The translations under genes and the position numbers were made by a program. Below the pieces are notes generated by a model. The model made no database searches, was not told the origin of the DNA, and saw only the letters and a list, made by a program, of their open reading frames with translations. Below are positions 28,932-36,049 of a stretch of 39,865 nucleotides of DNA, piece by piece. The stretch spans positions 1 to 39,865 of IMG/VR virus record IMGVR_UViG_3300020460_000006; one strand, written 5' to 3'. How positions within the stretch are numbered: the first letter of the stretch is position 1; each line of letters begins with the position of its first letter. The stretch is from a virus (Duplodnaviria > Caudoviricetes).

Positions 28932-29306
28932 TTGCTCAACGTGAATCGTGTAACTCTCCTCGGGAATGTGATCGAAGATCCGACCGTGCGAGAGACTAAG
29001 AATGGAACCAAAGTTGCGAACTTCCGTGTTGCTACTTCCAAGCGTTGGAAAGACAAAAGCGGAGAAAAAAAAGAAAGCAGGCAGTTTCATCGTTGCACTG
29101 TGTTTGGCGGCGTTGCCGACTGGGTCGGCACGCTCGCCAAGGGAGATGCAGTATACGTTGAAGGAGAACTGACCTACGGATCTTATGAGAAGGATGGTCA
29201 AAAGGTTTATACGACTGACATCAACATTGGATTTGATGGCAAGGTAATTGCACTTGATGAATACGAGGATGATGCAGATGGCAGCAGCAACGAAGCCCCT
29301 TTCTGA
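28932..29306 (+). CDS. ssb: Single-stranded DNA-binding protein
   Basis: NRVTLLGN, VANFRVAT, KGDAVYVEGEL and an acidic tail ending in PF. Confidence 0.95.
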   Translation: MLNVNRVTLLGNVIEDPTVRETKNGTKVANFRVATSKRWKDKSGEKKESRQFHRCTVFGGVADWVGTLAKGDAVYVEGELTYGSYEKDGQKVYTTDINIGFDGKVIALDEYEDDADGSSNEAPF

Positions 29307-29916
29307 GAACATTCATACAGCAATCTTTAACATCAGGCGTGATCTAGCGAATGTAAATAAGAGCAGGAAAGGATATAACTATAAATACGCTGATCTGAAA
29401 GATTGCCATGAAGCACTCGATCCTCTTCTCGAAAGAGAAGGTGTTGTCTGGATTACAGAACCCCAATGTACAGACGACGGTAGGGCTGGCGTTAGCTACT
29501 CTGCCATTCATCTTGAGTCCAACACTTCGCGTGAAGGCTCATTACTGTTGCCAATGGTTGACGGCGACCCCCAGAAGGCGGGAAGCGCTATTACATATAG
29601 CCGGAGGTATGCTCTCGCATTATTCGGACTCCTTACCGAAGGAGACGATGATGGGAAAGCAGCCACTAAAAAGCGCGTCACCACGAAGCAGAAAAAAGCC
29701 GACCTCCCCAACTACATCACAATGGAAGAGTCGCAAGAATTTCTGACTAAGTGCAGAAAGATTGCGGACGACCGTTTTGATGACAAGGAAAAAGCTGACG
29801 CCGAATACATGCGTATTGGCAAGGCTTTGGTCGCTCACCTTAACATCGAGAGACTTGGCGCTATGGAGCAATCTATGATTGCCAAGGCCAACAAGTTCCT
29901 TGAAGCATCTCCGTAA
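29278..29916 (+). CDS. erf: ERF-family single-strand annealing protein
   Basis: GYNYKYADL and DPQKAGSAITYSRRYAL...GDDDG. Confidence 0.92.
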   Translation: MAAATKPLSENIHTAIFNIRRDLANVNKSRKGYNYKYADLKDCHEALDPLLEREGVVWITEPQCTDDGRAGVSYSAIHLESNTSREGSLLLPMVDGDPQKAGSAITYSRRYALALFGLLTEGDDDGKAATKKRVTTKQKKADLPNYITMEESQEFLTKCRKIADDRFDDKEKADAEYMRIGKALVAHLNIERLGAMEQSMIAKANKFLEASP

Positions 29917-30178
29917 CGGAAAAGGTGAGATAATTGACTACAGCAATGCACGCATTGCGTGTTTTGAGCTGGCAGTCAATTATTACGGAGCAGCGGGGGG
30001 AGGCCCGTGGATTGGATTCCACGGGATTCCCTCCGCTCTCTCCGCGTTAGCCGCAGCAGGCAATACAATTGCACTGTGCATGAGCCAGAACATCATCACT
30101 GATGAAAGCGGTACCAGCGCCCTGAAGGCGCTGGAACGCGCTTACAACCAGATTGGACGTCAGGCAGATCCGTTCTAG
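29879..30178 (+). CDS. Hypothetical protein (start uncertain)
   Basis: Only ORF filling the gap after erf; its stop overlaps the convergent stop at CTAG. Confidence 0.45.
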   Translation: MPRPTSSLKHLRNGKGEIIDYSNARIACFELAVNYYGAAGGGPWIGFHGIPSALSALAAAGNTIALCMSQNIITDESGTSALKALERAYNQIGRQADPF

Positions 30179-30438
30179 CTCTTACGATGCCCAAACGTCT
30201 TGGTGGTTTCTCCGTCTAACAAGACTTGGAGAATCAAGCCAACACGATGCTCTGCTTCGTCGAGCGAGATCTTTTCTTCTCGAAAGTATTGACCATAAAG
30301 CTTAATTGCTTGAGTAAAGCCATTAGCGTAATGCCTACGTTGAGAAGGGCTACCGGCAAAGTTGACCGAGGCATCAACAGCTTTAAGGTATATTTCGTCA
30401 AATTCATCAGGATCAAGAACATTATCATTCCTCGGCAT
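30175..30438 (-). CDS. Hypothetical protein
   Basis: GAGG SD; 87 aa. Confidence 0.6.
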   Translation of the reverse strand: MPRNDNVLDPDEFDEIYLKAVDASVNFAGSPSQRRHYANGFTQAIKLYGQYFREEKISLDEAEHRVGLILQVLLDGETTKTFGHRKS

Positions 30439-30441
30439 TAG

Positions 30442-30630
30442 TTAGAACCTCTCGTCACAATGACGAAGTTCATCTTCAAACTTGTCTTCTTCTTTATTGA
30501 TAGCTTTTTCGATACGAATATCGGTGTATCGCTCGACAGCTTCTTCATCAAAATCGTCTGAGGTTTCGTGAATGTAGTCTTCCTCAAACAAGGAAGGCTC
30601 AAGGCTAAGATCGTCACCAATTCTAGGCAT
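30442..30630 (-). CDS. Small, highly acidic protein
   Basis: About 23 of 62 residues are D/E; GGAG SD. Confidence 0.6.
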   Translation of the reverse strand: MPRIGDDLSLEPSLFEEDYIHETSDDFDEEAVERYTDIRIEKAINKEEDKFEDELRHCDERF

Positions 30631-30787
30631 TGTTGATAGGCTCCACTGTAACGTTGATAAGTCCTTCTACAGAAAGCACTTCTTTCTGCAAAAGCATGAT
30701 TGCATCAGCGATGTACTGCTTCTCCTCCTTGTATTCAACCTTTACTCCGTCTTCTTCTACAAACCAAGTAATTAACCAATCGTTCAT
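30623..30787 (-). CDS. 54-aa hypothetical protein (absent from the ORF track)
   Basis: AAGGAG SD; MNDWLITWFVEEDGVKVEYKEEKQYIADAIMLLQKEVLSVEGLINVTVEPINNA. Confidence 0.65.
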   Translation of the reverse strand: MNDWLITWFVEEDGVKVEYKEEKQYIADAIMLLQKEVLSVEGLINVTVEPINNA

Positions 30788-30804
30788 TTCTTCTCCTTGT
30801 TAAA

Positions 30805-30880
30805 TGGATGCTGGGGCGGGGATCGAACCCGCAACCTACAGGTTCAAAGCCTGTCGCTCTACCAATTGAGCTACCCAGCA
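30805..30880 (-). tRNA. tRNA-Gln(TTG)
   Basis: TGCTGGG/CCCAGCA acceptor, ACAGG-CTTTGAA-CCTGT anticodon arm, TTCGATC T-loop, encoded CCA. Confidence 0.95.
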
Positions 30881-30881
30881 A

Positions 30882-30958
30882 TGGCGCACTCGGCAGGACT
30901 CGAACCTGCGACCCGTTGCTTAGAAGGCAACCGCTCTATCCAACTGAGCTACGAGTGC
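30882..30958 (-). tRNA. tRNA-Arg(TCT)
   Basis: GCACTCG/CGAGTGC acceptor, GTTGC-CTTCTAA-GCAAC anticodon arm, CCA. Confidence 0.95.
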
Positions 30959-30965
30959 GTAAGAA

Positions 30966-31106
30966 TGGAGTCTCCGCCCCCCGTCACGGGGGCGGTGTCT
31001 CCTGAAGGCAGGGCCTCGCGCTACATCGCCCTAACTGCTTGTCGTGACGGACTCACAGGACTGGCGCAGCCGGTATGACTACCTGCACAGATGGTTGCAC
31101 TTTCCC
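30966..31106. ncRNA. Candidate structured RNA in the tRNA cluster
   Basis: GC-rich multi-stem intergenic block; the minus strand ends GACTCCA just before tRNA-Arg. Confidence 0.4.
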
Positions 31107-31424
31107 TTAGAGTGAATTAACCAATTCAGGAATATGGATACCGTCCATATCTTCGGTTACGACCATCATGGCAAGAGGTGTCGGCCTCTTGCTTTTATTA
31201 TCAAAAAGTGCGTAAACTGGATAACTTCCGTCTCCCCACCTTGTAGCAGCAGTTACTCCGGTGCCGTTATTCCACTCGCTGCCAAAGTCAGCACCATCTT
31301 TAAGCAAATGATTTTTACAAAAATCATTCCATTCAGGGGTCTTTACCCCGATTGTGTAACAAGGATCTGAGATCATCAGAGTTCCTGAATCTACACCTAC
31401 AAATCCGATTCGCTTCCATTCCAT
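31107..31424 (-). CDS. DUF4241-like protein
   Basis: GVDSGTLMISDPCY and WGDGSYPVY motifs. Confidence 0.8.
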   Translation of the reverse strand: MEWKRIGFVGVDSGTLMISDPCYTIGVKTPEWNDFCKNHLLKDGADFGSEWNNGTGVTAATRWGDGSYPVYALFDNKSKRPTPLAMMVVTEDMDGIHIPELVNSL

Positions 31425-31449
31425 TATTAACTGTGTCCTTTAATAAAAG

Positions 31450-31525
31450 TGGTGAACCCCCTCGGACTCGAACCGAGAACCCACGGGTTAAAAGCCCGTT
31501 GCTCTACCAATTGAGCTAGGGGTCC
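31450..31525 (-). tRNA. tRNA-Lys(TTT)
   Basis: GGACCCC/GGGGTTC acceptor, ACGGG-CTTTTAA-CCCGT anticodon arm, CCA. Confidence 0.95.
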
Positions 31526-31630
31526 AATGAGAGGGAGAGGAACACCCCCTCCCTCTCTGAACCGTAGACATAAGGTTGGATAAAACTCCCCAGTACCACC
31601 CAGCCTTACTTTCTGTCTACGGAACGCTTG

Positions 31631-31903
31631 TCAATGTATGTCGAGCGCGACACCACGTTCAGCGAACTCTTCAATTAAGTATTGAAGAGTTGTTCGCTGA
31701 GGCTTTGTGATGCCACGCTCGACGTTTCTGATCGTGACATGGGATACGCCGATAGCATCCGCAAGCTGCTGTCTTGTGAGGCCGCATTGCTCTCGGGCAT
31801 CCTGAATGGTTTTACCACGAACAGAGATCGAACCTGTGCCCATGCAAAATGGGCACAGTGTTCGCTCTTCAGTATCGGAAATGGACATAAGAAGGTTGTC
31901 CAT
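31631..31903 (-). CDS. XRE-family HTH regulator with an N-terminal CxxC
   Basis: CPFCMGTG, then REQCGLTRQQLADAIGVSHVTIRNVERG. Confidence 0.85.
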   Translation of the reverse strand: MDNLLMSISDTEERTLCPFCMGTGSISVRGKTIQDAREQCGLTRQQLADAIGVSHVTIRNVERGITKPQRTTLQYLIEEFAERGVALDIH

Positions 31904-32099
31904 TGGTTAGAAATTGCACTAAACGATCAATTGCATTTGCGACGTCTTCTAAATCTTTATAATTGCAAGGCTCACTACCAGACCTAAAGCCTGTTGCTTG
32001 ACCGCTAATAAAGCCTTCTTTGTGGAAATAGACTTGAATACTAGGAGCTTCTTCTTCTGGCTGACAGCAACCAGCTCTTCCGCAATGTTTGCAATGCAT
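31869..32099 (-). CDS. Small Cys-rich hypothetical protein
   Basis: Start MHCKHCGRAGCC just after tRNA-Ile; AGGT SD. Confidence 0.55.
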   Translation of the reverse strand: MHCKHCGRAGCCQPEEEAPSIQVYFHKEGFISGQATGFRSGSEPCNYKDLEDVANAIDRLVQFLTNGQPSYVHFRY

Positions 32100-32111
32100 T
32101 TTATACCTATG

Positions 32112-32188
32112 TGGTTGGCCTACCGGGACTCGAACCCGGAACCGCACGCTTATAAGACGTGTGCTCTAACCAGTTGAGCTATAGGCCA
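32112..32188 (-). tRNA. tRNA-Ile(TAT)
   Basis: TGGCCTA/TAGGCCA acceptor, CACGT-CTTATAA-GCGTG anticodon arm, CCA. Confidence 0.93.
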
Positions 32189-32189
32189 G

Positions 32190-32265
32190 TGGTAGGGATG
32201 GTGGGAGTCGAACCCACACTGGAGGGATTTTAAGTCCCCTGCCTCTGCCGTTGGGCTACATCCCC
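32190..32265 (-). tRNA. tRNA-Leu(TAA) with a short variable arm
   Basis: GGGGATG/CATCCCT acceptor, GGGGA-CTTAAAA-TCCCT anticodon arm, A73, CCA. Confidence 0.92.
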
Positions 32266-32367
32266 ATTTTTCTTTTCTTTCTTGGCATCACGCTTGCGCT
32301 TCACGTTGGCCTTGTGACGCGCTTTCTTTGCCATTTTCTTCGTCTTTGCTTTTCCGCTTCCAGGCAT
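32230..32367 (-). CDS. 45-aa basic peptide overlapping tRNA-Leu
   Basis: MPGSGKAKTKKMAKKARHKANVKRKRDAKKEKKNGDVAQRQRQGT; ATG lies 1 nt after the upstream stop. Confidence 0.5.
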   Translation of the reverse strand: MPGSGKAKTKKMAKKARHKANVKRKRDAKKEKKNGDVAQRQRQGT

Positions 32368-32368
32368 G

Positions 32369-32716
32369 TTACCACCAGCACCTATAGACGATGTTCCATC
32401 CCATATTTGCATATGATGCTGCTTCATCAAAGATAAGGAGATCACGTTGAGCTTCTGCATCGTCTCCATAAGACGCTCCGAAAAAGAATCCATTTGTTTG
32501 AGGAAGGTCTTTCAGAACAATTGCAGCAACAACTCTTGAAATGTCATCAAGATTAAGAGGAAGGTCTACGCAATTAAAATCGTCAACGTTCTTTACGATC
32601 TTTTTCTCTACGGCTAGGTTTTGCATAAAACCTTGGAGATTTGCGTGCTTGCGCCAAATGCCAAGCTGTTCAGTATTTTCGTTCTTTTTGGCAACTAAGT
32701 ATTGATCAAGACCCAA
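32369..32716 (-). CDS. Conserved phage early protein (MGLDQY...WRK...GFFFG...WW family)
   Basis: TTG start at 32716 with an AGGAG SD; recognisable motif set. Confidence 0.75.
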   Translation of the reverse strand: MGLDQYLVAKKNENTEQLGIWRKHANLQGFMQNLAVEKKIVKNVDDFNCVDLPLNLDDISRVVAAIVLKDLPQTNGFFFGASYGDDAEAQRDLLIFDEAASYANMGWNIVYRCWW

Positions 32717-32847
32717 AGTGGTTCTCCTAGTGTGAGGGAAGTGCGGGGGTGAGATAGATTTAGTGGACGAGTATGACATTACCGATGTAGCCACTAGCGC
32801 ATCTATCCCGATCGAGGAACTGCCCCCGCTCAGTACCTTAGTAGGAT

Positions 32848-33039
32848 CTACATCGGCAAATCGGAATTTTCCTGGTTGGCGTGAACCTTTTCCATGAGCT
32901 TGTTCAAGCCACTTTCAAAATCGGCGACATTCTTATTGAGTTCAAACACAAAAGTGCCAATCAAATCAAGAACGTCACGCGGATTTAAATCAGAAATCAA
33001 TCGGTCAAGTTTAATCTGTTCGTCGGAAACCTTGCTCAT
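32848..33039 (-). CDS. Hypothetical protein
   Basis: 63-aa helical ORF. Confidence 0.55.
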   Translation of the reverse strand: MSKVSDEQIKLDRLISDLNPRDVLDLIGTFVFELNKNVADFESGLNKLMEKVHANQENSDLPM

Positions 33040-33487
33040 CTAGATACTCATTTGCATATCGAATGCGATTGTACAAAGCATGAATAGCTTGAAGTATTTC
33101 TTCAGCTTCATTATTTGCAATTGTACGCTTTGCTTGAGCTACGACTGTGTAGTTATACAAGTCAGCAAGCTCTTCTAATGAGTCTTTGTAGGGCTCGCCT
33201 ACAAAATCATTAACGTTGGGAGGCCAAGCATCGCTATTGCCATGCTCTTGTGCTCCTCTTGTCCATTTCTCCCTAGCTAAGTCTTTTAAAGACTTAGCTT
33301 GAGGGAGAAACACTTTTACCAACTCGCCGTCGTGTTTCCACACAAACTCAGGGAACTTCTTCGCTAGTTGGTAAACTGTGGACTTTGCAGACGCAGGGTT
33401 ACCCACTTTTTGGACAAGCTCATAGACTCCGAATTCTTCTGCGTTTTGTACGAAGTGTTGAAGTCTGTCTGTCCATCGGTCACTCAT
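33011..33487 (-). CDS. Hypothetical protein; C-terminus resembles an all-alpha NTP pyrophosphatase
   Basis: KWTRGAQEHG...SLEELADLYNY (EE..D) pattern; AGGAG SD. Confidence 0.5.
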   Translation of the reverse strand: MSDRWTDRLQHFVQNAEEFGVYELVQKVGNPASAKSTVYQLAKKFPEFVWKHDGELVKVFLPQAKSLKDLAREKWTRGAQEHGNSDAWPPNVNDFVGEPYKDSLEELADLYNYTVVAQAKRTIANNEAEEILQAIHALYNRIRYANEYLDEQGFRRTD

Positions 33488-33496
33488 TAAAAGCTC

Positions 33497-33727
33497 CTAG
33501 TACCGCTCGTCAATCTTAACCTCGATGAACGAACGATAGGGGTTAAAGTCTTCAGAAGAATTTGAAATCTTGCTGTCCTTGTCAATATGCTTCCAAGAAG
33601 TATGGACAGTGTAACCCTTATCAGGGTCAACCATATCCTCAACTCCCAGGGTAGCAGCAGCTTCTCGCGCCTTGGTAACAAGCATTCGTTCGATCTGAGT
33701 AGCAGTAAACTTAATCGTGGGCATCAT
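33497..33727 (-). CDS. Hypothetical protein
   Basis: AGGAG SD; 76 aa. Confidence 0.6.
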   Translation of the reverse strand: MMPTIKFTATQIERMLVTKAREAAATLGVEDMVDPDKGYTVHTSWKHIDKDSKISNSSEDFNPYRSFIEVKIDERY

Positions 33728-33739
33728 TTTCTCCTAGTA

Positions 33740-33804
33740 AAAATAAAAGGTAGGGACATGGCTTCTGACAAGAAGGAGGAACTCGACTCCACCATGCCCC
33801 TACC
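33740..33804 (-). terminator. Branched stem followed by a U-tract after the DUF932 gene
   Basis: Minus strand GGTAGGGGCATGG...CCATGTCCCTACC-TTTTATTTTT. Confidence 0.5.
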
Positions 33805-33813
33805 CAAACTGTA

Positions 33814-34881
33814 TTACGACAGAACCTTAACTCGCTTGGCGAGCTTCTTGTATGCAAGGTTCTTCTTGGCAGCACCGTCACCCATCCAGCTATTGCGGAC
33901 GGCCTTGGCAGCTCGCTTACCCTTCTCAACCTGATCACGAACGTGATTGAGGTCGAAGTGGTCGAAGTATTCCGTAAACGCCTGAAGTGCGTCGTATGAG
34001 GAATTACCTTCGTTTCCGTAACCACTGTGGAAGAGGTCAGTGACCTTAGCGACCTTGTTGGTCATAATGACCTTGCTGCGCTGGGGTGCGTTCTCGTAAA
34101 AGAACTTGACATCATCCTTGATCTTGGCCTTCGGCCCATCGAGGTTCAGGAAAACCTCAAGAGCAAAGTCCATGAACTCGTCCTGAGTCATGCTGTTTTG
34201 AGCAAACTCCTGAAGAATGCGACGACGCTCGTCACTTTCTCCACGCATGACATCAATTGCAGTGGCTGCAAGCTCAAGCTTCTCAAGAACTGCACCCTTG
34301 TGAGGAATGCGGAACATGAGATTCTCTCGCTTGGCAATGTCTTCTGCGAAGCCAACCGTGTTTGCACACTCTGCGCGAACGTCAGTAGGCATCATGTTGA
34401 TCGAAGACTTGCCGTCGTGACCAATAGCAACAAGCAAGAATGCATGGTGCGTATTGTTAGCGCCAGACTTGCGACTGATCTGCCAAGAGTCTGGAGTCTG
34501 TGCAAGAATCCAGACTCGTCTCCCCTCTTCGAGAGAACCAGCAGTGTGATAAAGCAAGTCACCATTAGTGACTAGGTTATCAAGGAAAGTAAAAGCTTCA
34601 CGATTCTGAAAGAGTTCATAAGCGTCAGTACAGCGACCAAGTACAGAATTATCGCTTGTGCGAATAAGGAACTTTTCATTATCAGCTTCTTGATAGTCGT
34701 CAGCAACCTTGTAATAAGCAGGTGTCTTAGCGACTTCCCAATCAAGTCCAGCAGCAGCAATTGCTTCTGCGGAAGTGACTGCGCCTTCGCCCAGGTCAAC
34801 GCCTACTGCGTTTCCCTGTGCTGAGTTGCCATACCACCAAGGCTTTTTACCAGTGAACATCATCTTTTCTACAGCGTGCAT
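33814..34881 (-). CDS. DUF932 family protein (phage/plasmid-like)
   Basis: AAGLDWEV, QNREAF.FLD, TAGSLEEGRRVWI, HDG and VRAECANT motifs. Confidence 0.9.
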   Translation of the reverse strand: MHAVEKMMFTGKKPWWYGNSAQGNAVGVDLGEGAVTSAEAIAAAGLDWEVAKTPAYYKVADDYQEADNEKFLIRTSDNSVLGRCTDAYELFQNREAFTFLDNLVTNGDLLYHTAGSLEEGRRVWILAQTPDSWQISRKSGANNTHHAFLLVAIGHDGKSSINMMPTDVRAECANTVGFAEDIAKRENLMFRIPHKGAVLEKLELAATAIDVMRGESDERRRILQEFAQNSMTQDEFMDFALEVFLNLDGPKAKIKDDVKFFYENAPQRSKVIMTNKVAKVTDLFHSGYGNEGNSSYDALQAFTEYFDHFDLNHVRDQVEKGKRAAKAVRNSWMGDGAAKKNLAYKKLAKRVKVLS

Positions 34882-34891
34882 AATTTACCTC

Positions 34892-35128
34892 TTAATGAAT
34901 AGAAGACTTTGCTTCTGTTCCAGTTATCTCAATAGCTTTATTGAGAATATTGTCGCAACCAGTCTTGTTAGTTTCAAATCCGTAAAACACTATAGACACT
35001 CCAAGCGTAAAAGCTTGGAGGGGAGTCAACTGATTTACGGCTTCAATCGAAAGTGTTTCTTTTTTGTTTGCATTATCAATTATGTTTTCTCCTAAGCTAA
35101 TAAAGAAATCGTATTCTTCTTCGTCCAT
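34892..35128 (-). CDS. Small acidic hypothetical protein
   Basis: AGGAG SD; 78 aa. Confidence 0.65.
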   Translation of the reverse strand: MDEEEYDFFISLGENIIDNANKKETLSIEAVNQLTPLQAFTLGVSIVFYGFETNKTGCDNILNKAIEITGTEAKSSIH

Positions 35129-35136
35129 AATGCTCC

Positions 35137-35173
35137 TGTACCGATTTGAGACTCATGTACCAATTTGAGACTC
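35137..35173. repeat. Tandem 18-bp direct repeat (putative operator)
   Basis: TGTACCGATTTGAGACTC-A-TGTACCAATTTGAGACTC. Confidence 0.85.
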
Positions 35174-35293
35174 GGGCTCTGGTTAAAATAAGGCAATGTG
35201 TGTAAAGTGGCATACTTACACTGCGCAGTACGCCATTCCTGCGCAGTGTATTTGGCGTCCCCGGTATGCCAGCGGGGTTTTTAATGCATCGAA

Positions 35294-35377
35294 TTAGTCA
35301 TGCATTTGTCTCCATAGGGCGATGATTGTGATAATGCACATGAATGGGAATGTGAAAGTTAGAAGGAAGGTTTTCAT
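35294..35377 (-). CDS. 27-aa membrane peptide (absent from the ORF track)
   Basis: MKTFLLTFTFPFMCIITIIALWRQMHD; ATGA overlap. Confidence 0.55.
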   Translation of the reverse strand: MKTFLLTFTFPFMCIITIIALWRQMHD

Positions 35378-35505
35378 TGAGTTGCTGTTTGTTTTGTTTT
35401 AGCGATTAATGCTCCGATGTAGAAGCTGCTCGCGAAGATTGCGATGATTGGGAAATTTAATCCTACTGTGAATGCTGCGAGATAGATAAGTAGTTTTTGA
35501 ATCAT
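35374..35505 (-). CDS. 43-aa membrane peptide (absent from the ORF track)
   Basis: MIQKLLIYLAAFTVGLNFPIIAIFASSFYIGALIAKTKQTATQ; ATGA overlap. Confidence 0.6.
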   Translation of the reverse strand: MIQKLLIYLAAFTVGLNFPIIAIFASSFYIGALIAKTKQTATQ

Positions 35506-35819
35506 CTGTGTGATACCTCAGCTAAGAGTTTGCGTGACAATCTTTTAGCTTGTGCGTTTGTCAAGTCGAATTGACTTAGAACGTTTTGCGCTTGAGGATG
35601 TGCAAGCATTGATGAAATCAGTAGGAATTCTGCTGCATTGCAGAAGTCTTGTGGATTTCTTTTTTTGTTGAGGTTTTGTTGCGATTCAACGAGGGATCGG
35701 TCAATGCTGTTTATTGTATTTCTAACGCCTTGTGTGAGGTTTGTGCTAGATCCGGTGAGTTTTTGAAATGCAACTATGCAGACCATGATGATTACTGCAT
35801 TGCCGATAAGTACAGCCAC
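35502..35819 (-). CDS. Membrane-anchored hypothetical protein
   Basis: N-terminal TM helix; TAGTG overlap with the upstream gene. Confidence 0.6.
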   Translation of the reverse strand: MAVLIGNAVIIMVCIVAFQKLTGSSTNLTQGVRNTINSIDRSLVESQQNLNKKRNPQDFCNAAEFLLISSMLAHPQAQNVLSQFDLTNAQAKRLSRKLLAEVSHR

Positions 35820-36016
35820 TACTTAGTGGGTCGCCTGCTGTTTACGTTTTTGAACGTGTTTCCGTCCCAGATACTTTTTAGATCTTCTGTGACTTCTGAT
35901 GCTTTGATGCTGATAAGTACTACGGCTGCTACAGGCGATACCATAATTGCTTGAGTCTTGCCGCGTAGGGACCACGAGGCTGCTGAGTTTGCAATTTGCT
36001 TGAGTGATTTTGTCAT
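35819..36016 (-). CDS. Small membrane protein
   Basis: AAGGAG SD; central hydrophobic AIMVSPVAAVVLISI. Confidence 0.65.
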   Translation of the reverse strand: MTKSLKQIANSAASWSLRGKTQAIMVSPVAAVVLISIKASEVTEDLKSIWDGNTFKNVNSRRPTK

Positions 36017-36049
36017 TTGGTTCTCCTTCTAGGGTTTATTTGAGACTTT

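Noticed and set aside
30797-31078. + strand ORFs over the tRNA genes
   Set aside because: Antisense translations of tRNAs.
30966-31106. tRNA-Sec, tmRNA, SRP or RNase P RNA
   Set aside because: No T-loop or UCA anticodon arm, no tag ORF, the SRP motifs are in the wrong order, and it is too short for RNase P.
35137-35173. CRISPR mini-array
   Set aside because: Two adjacent copies with no spacer and no cas genes.
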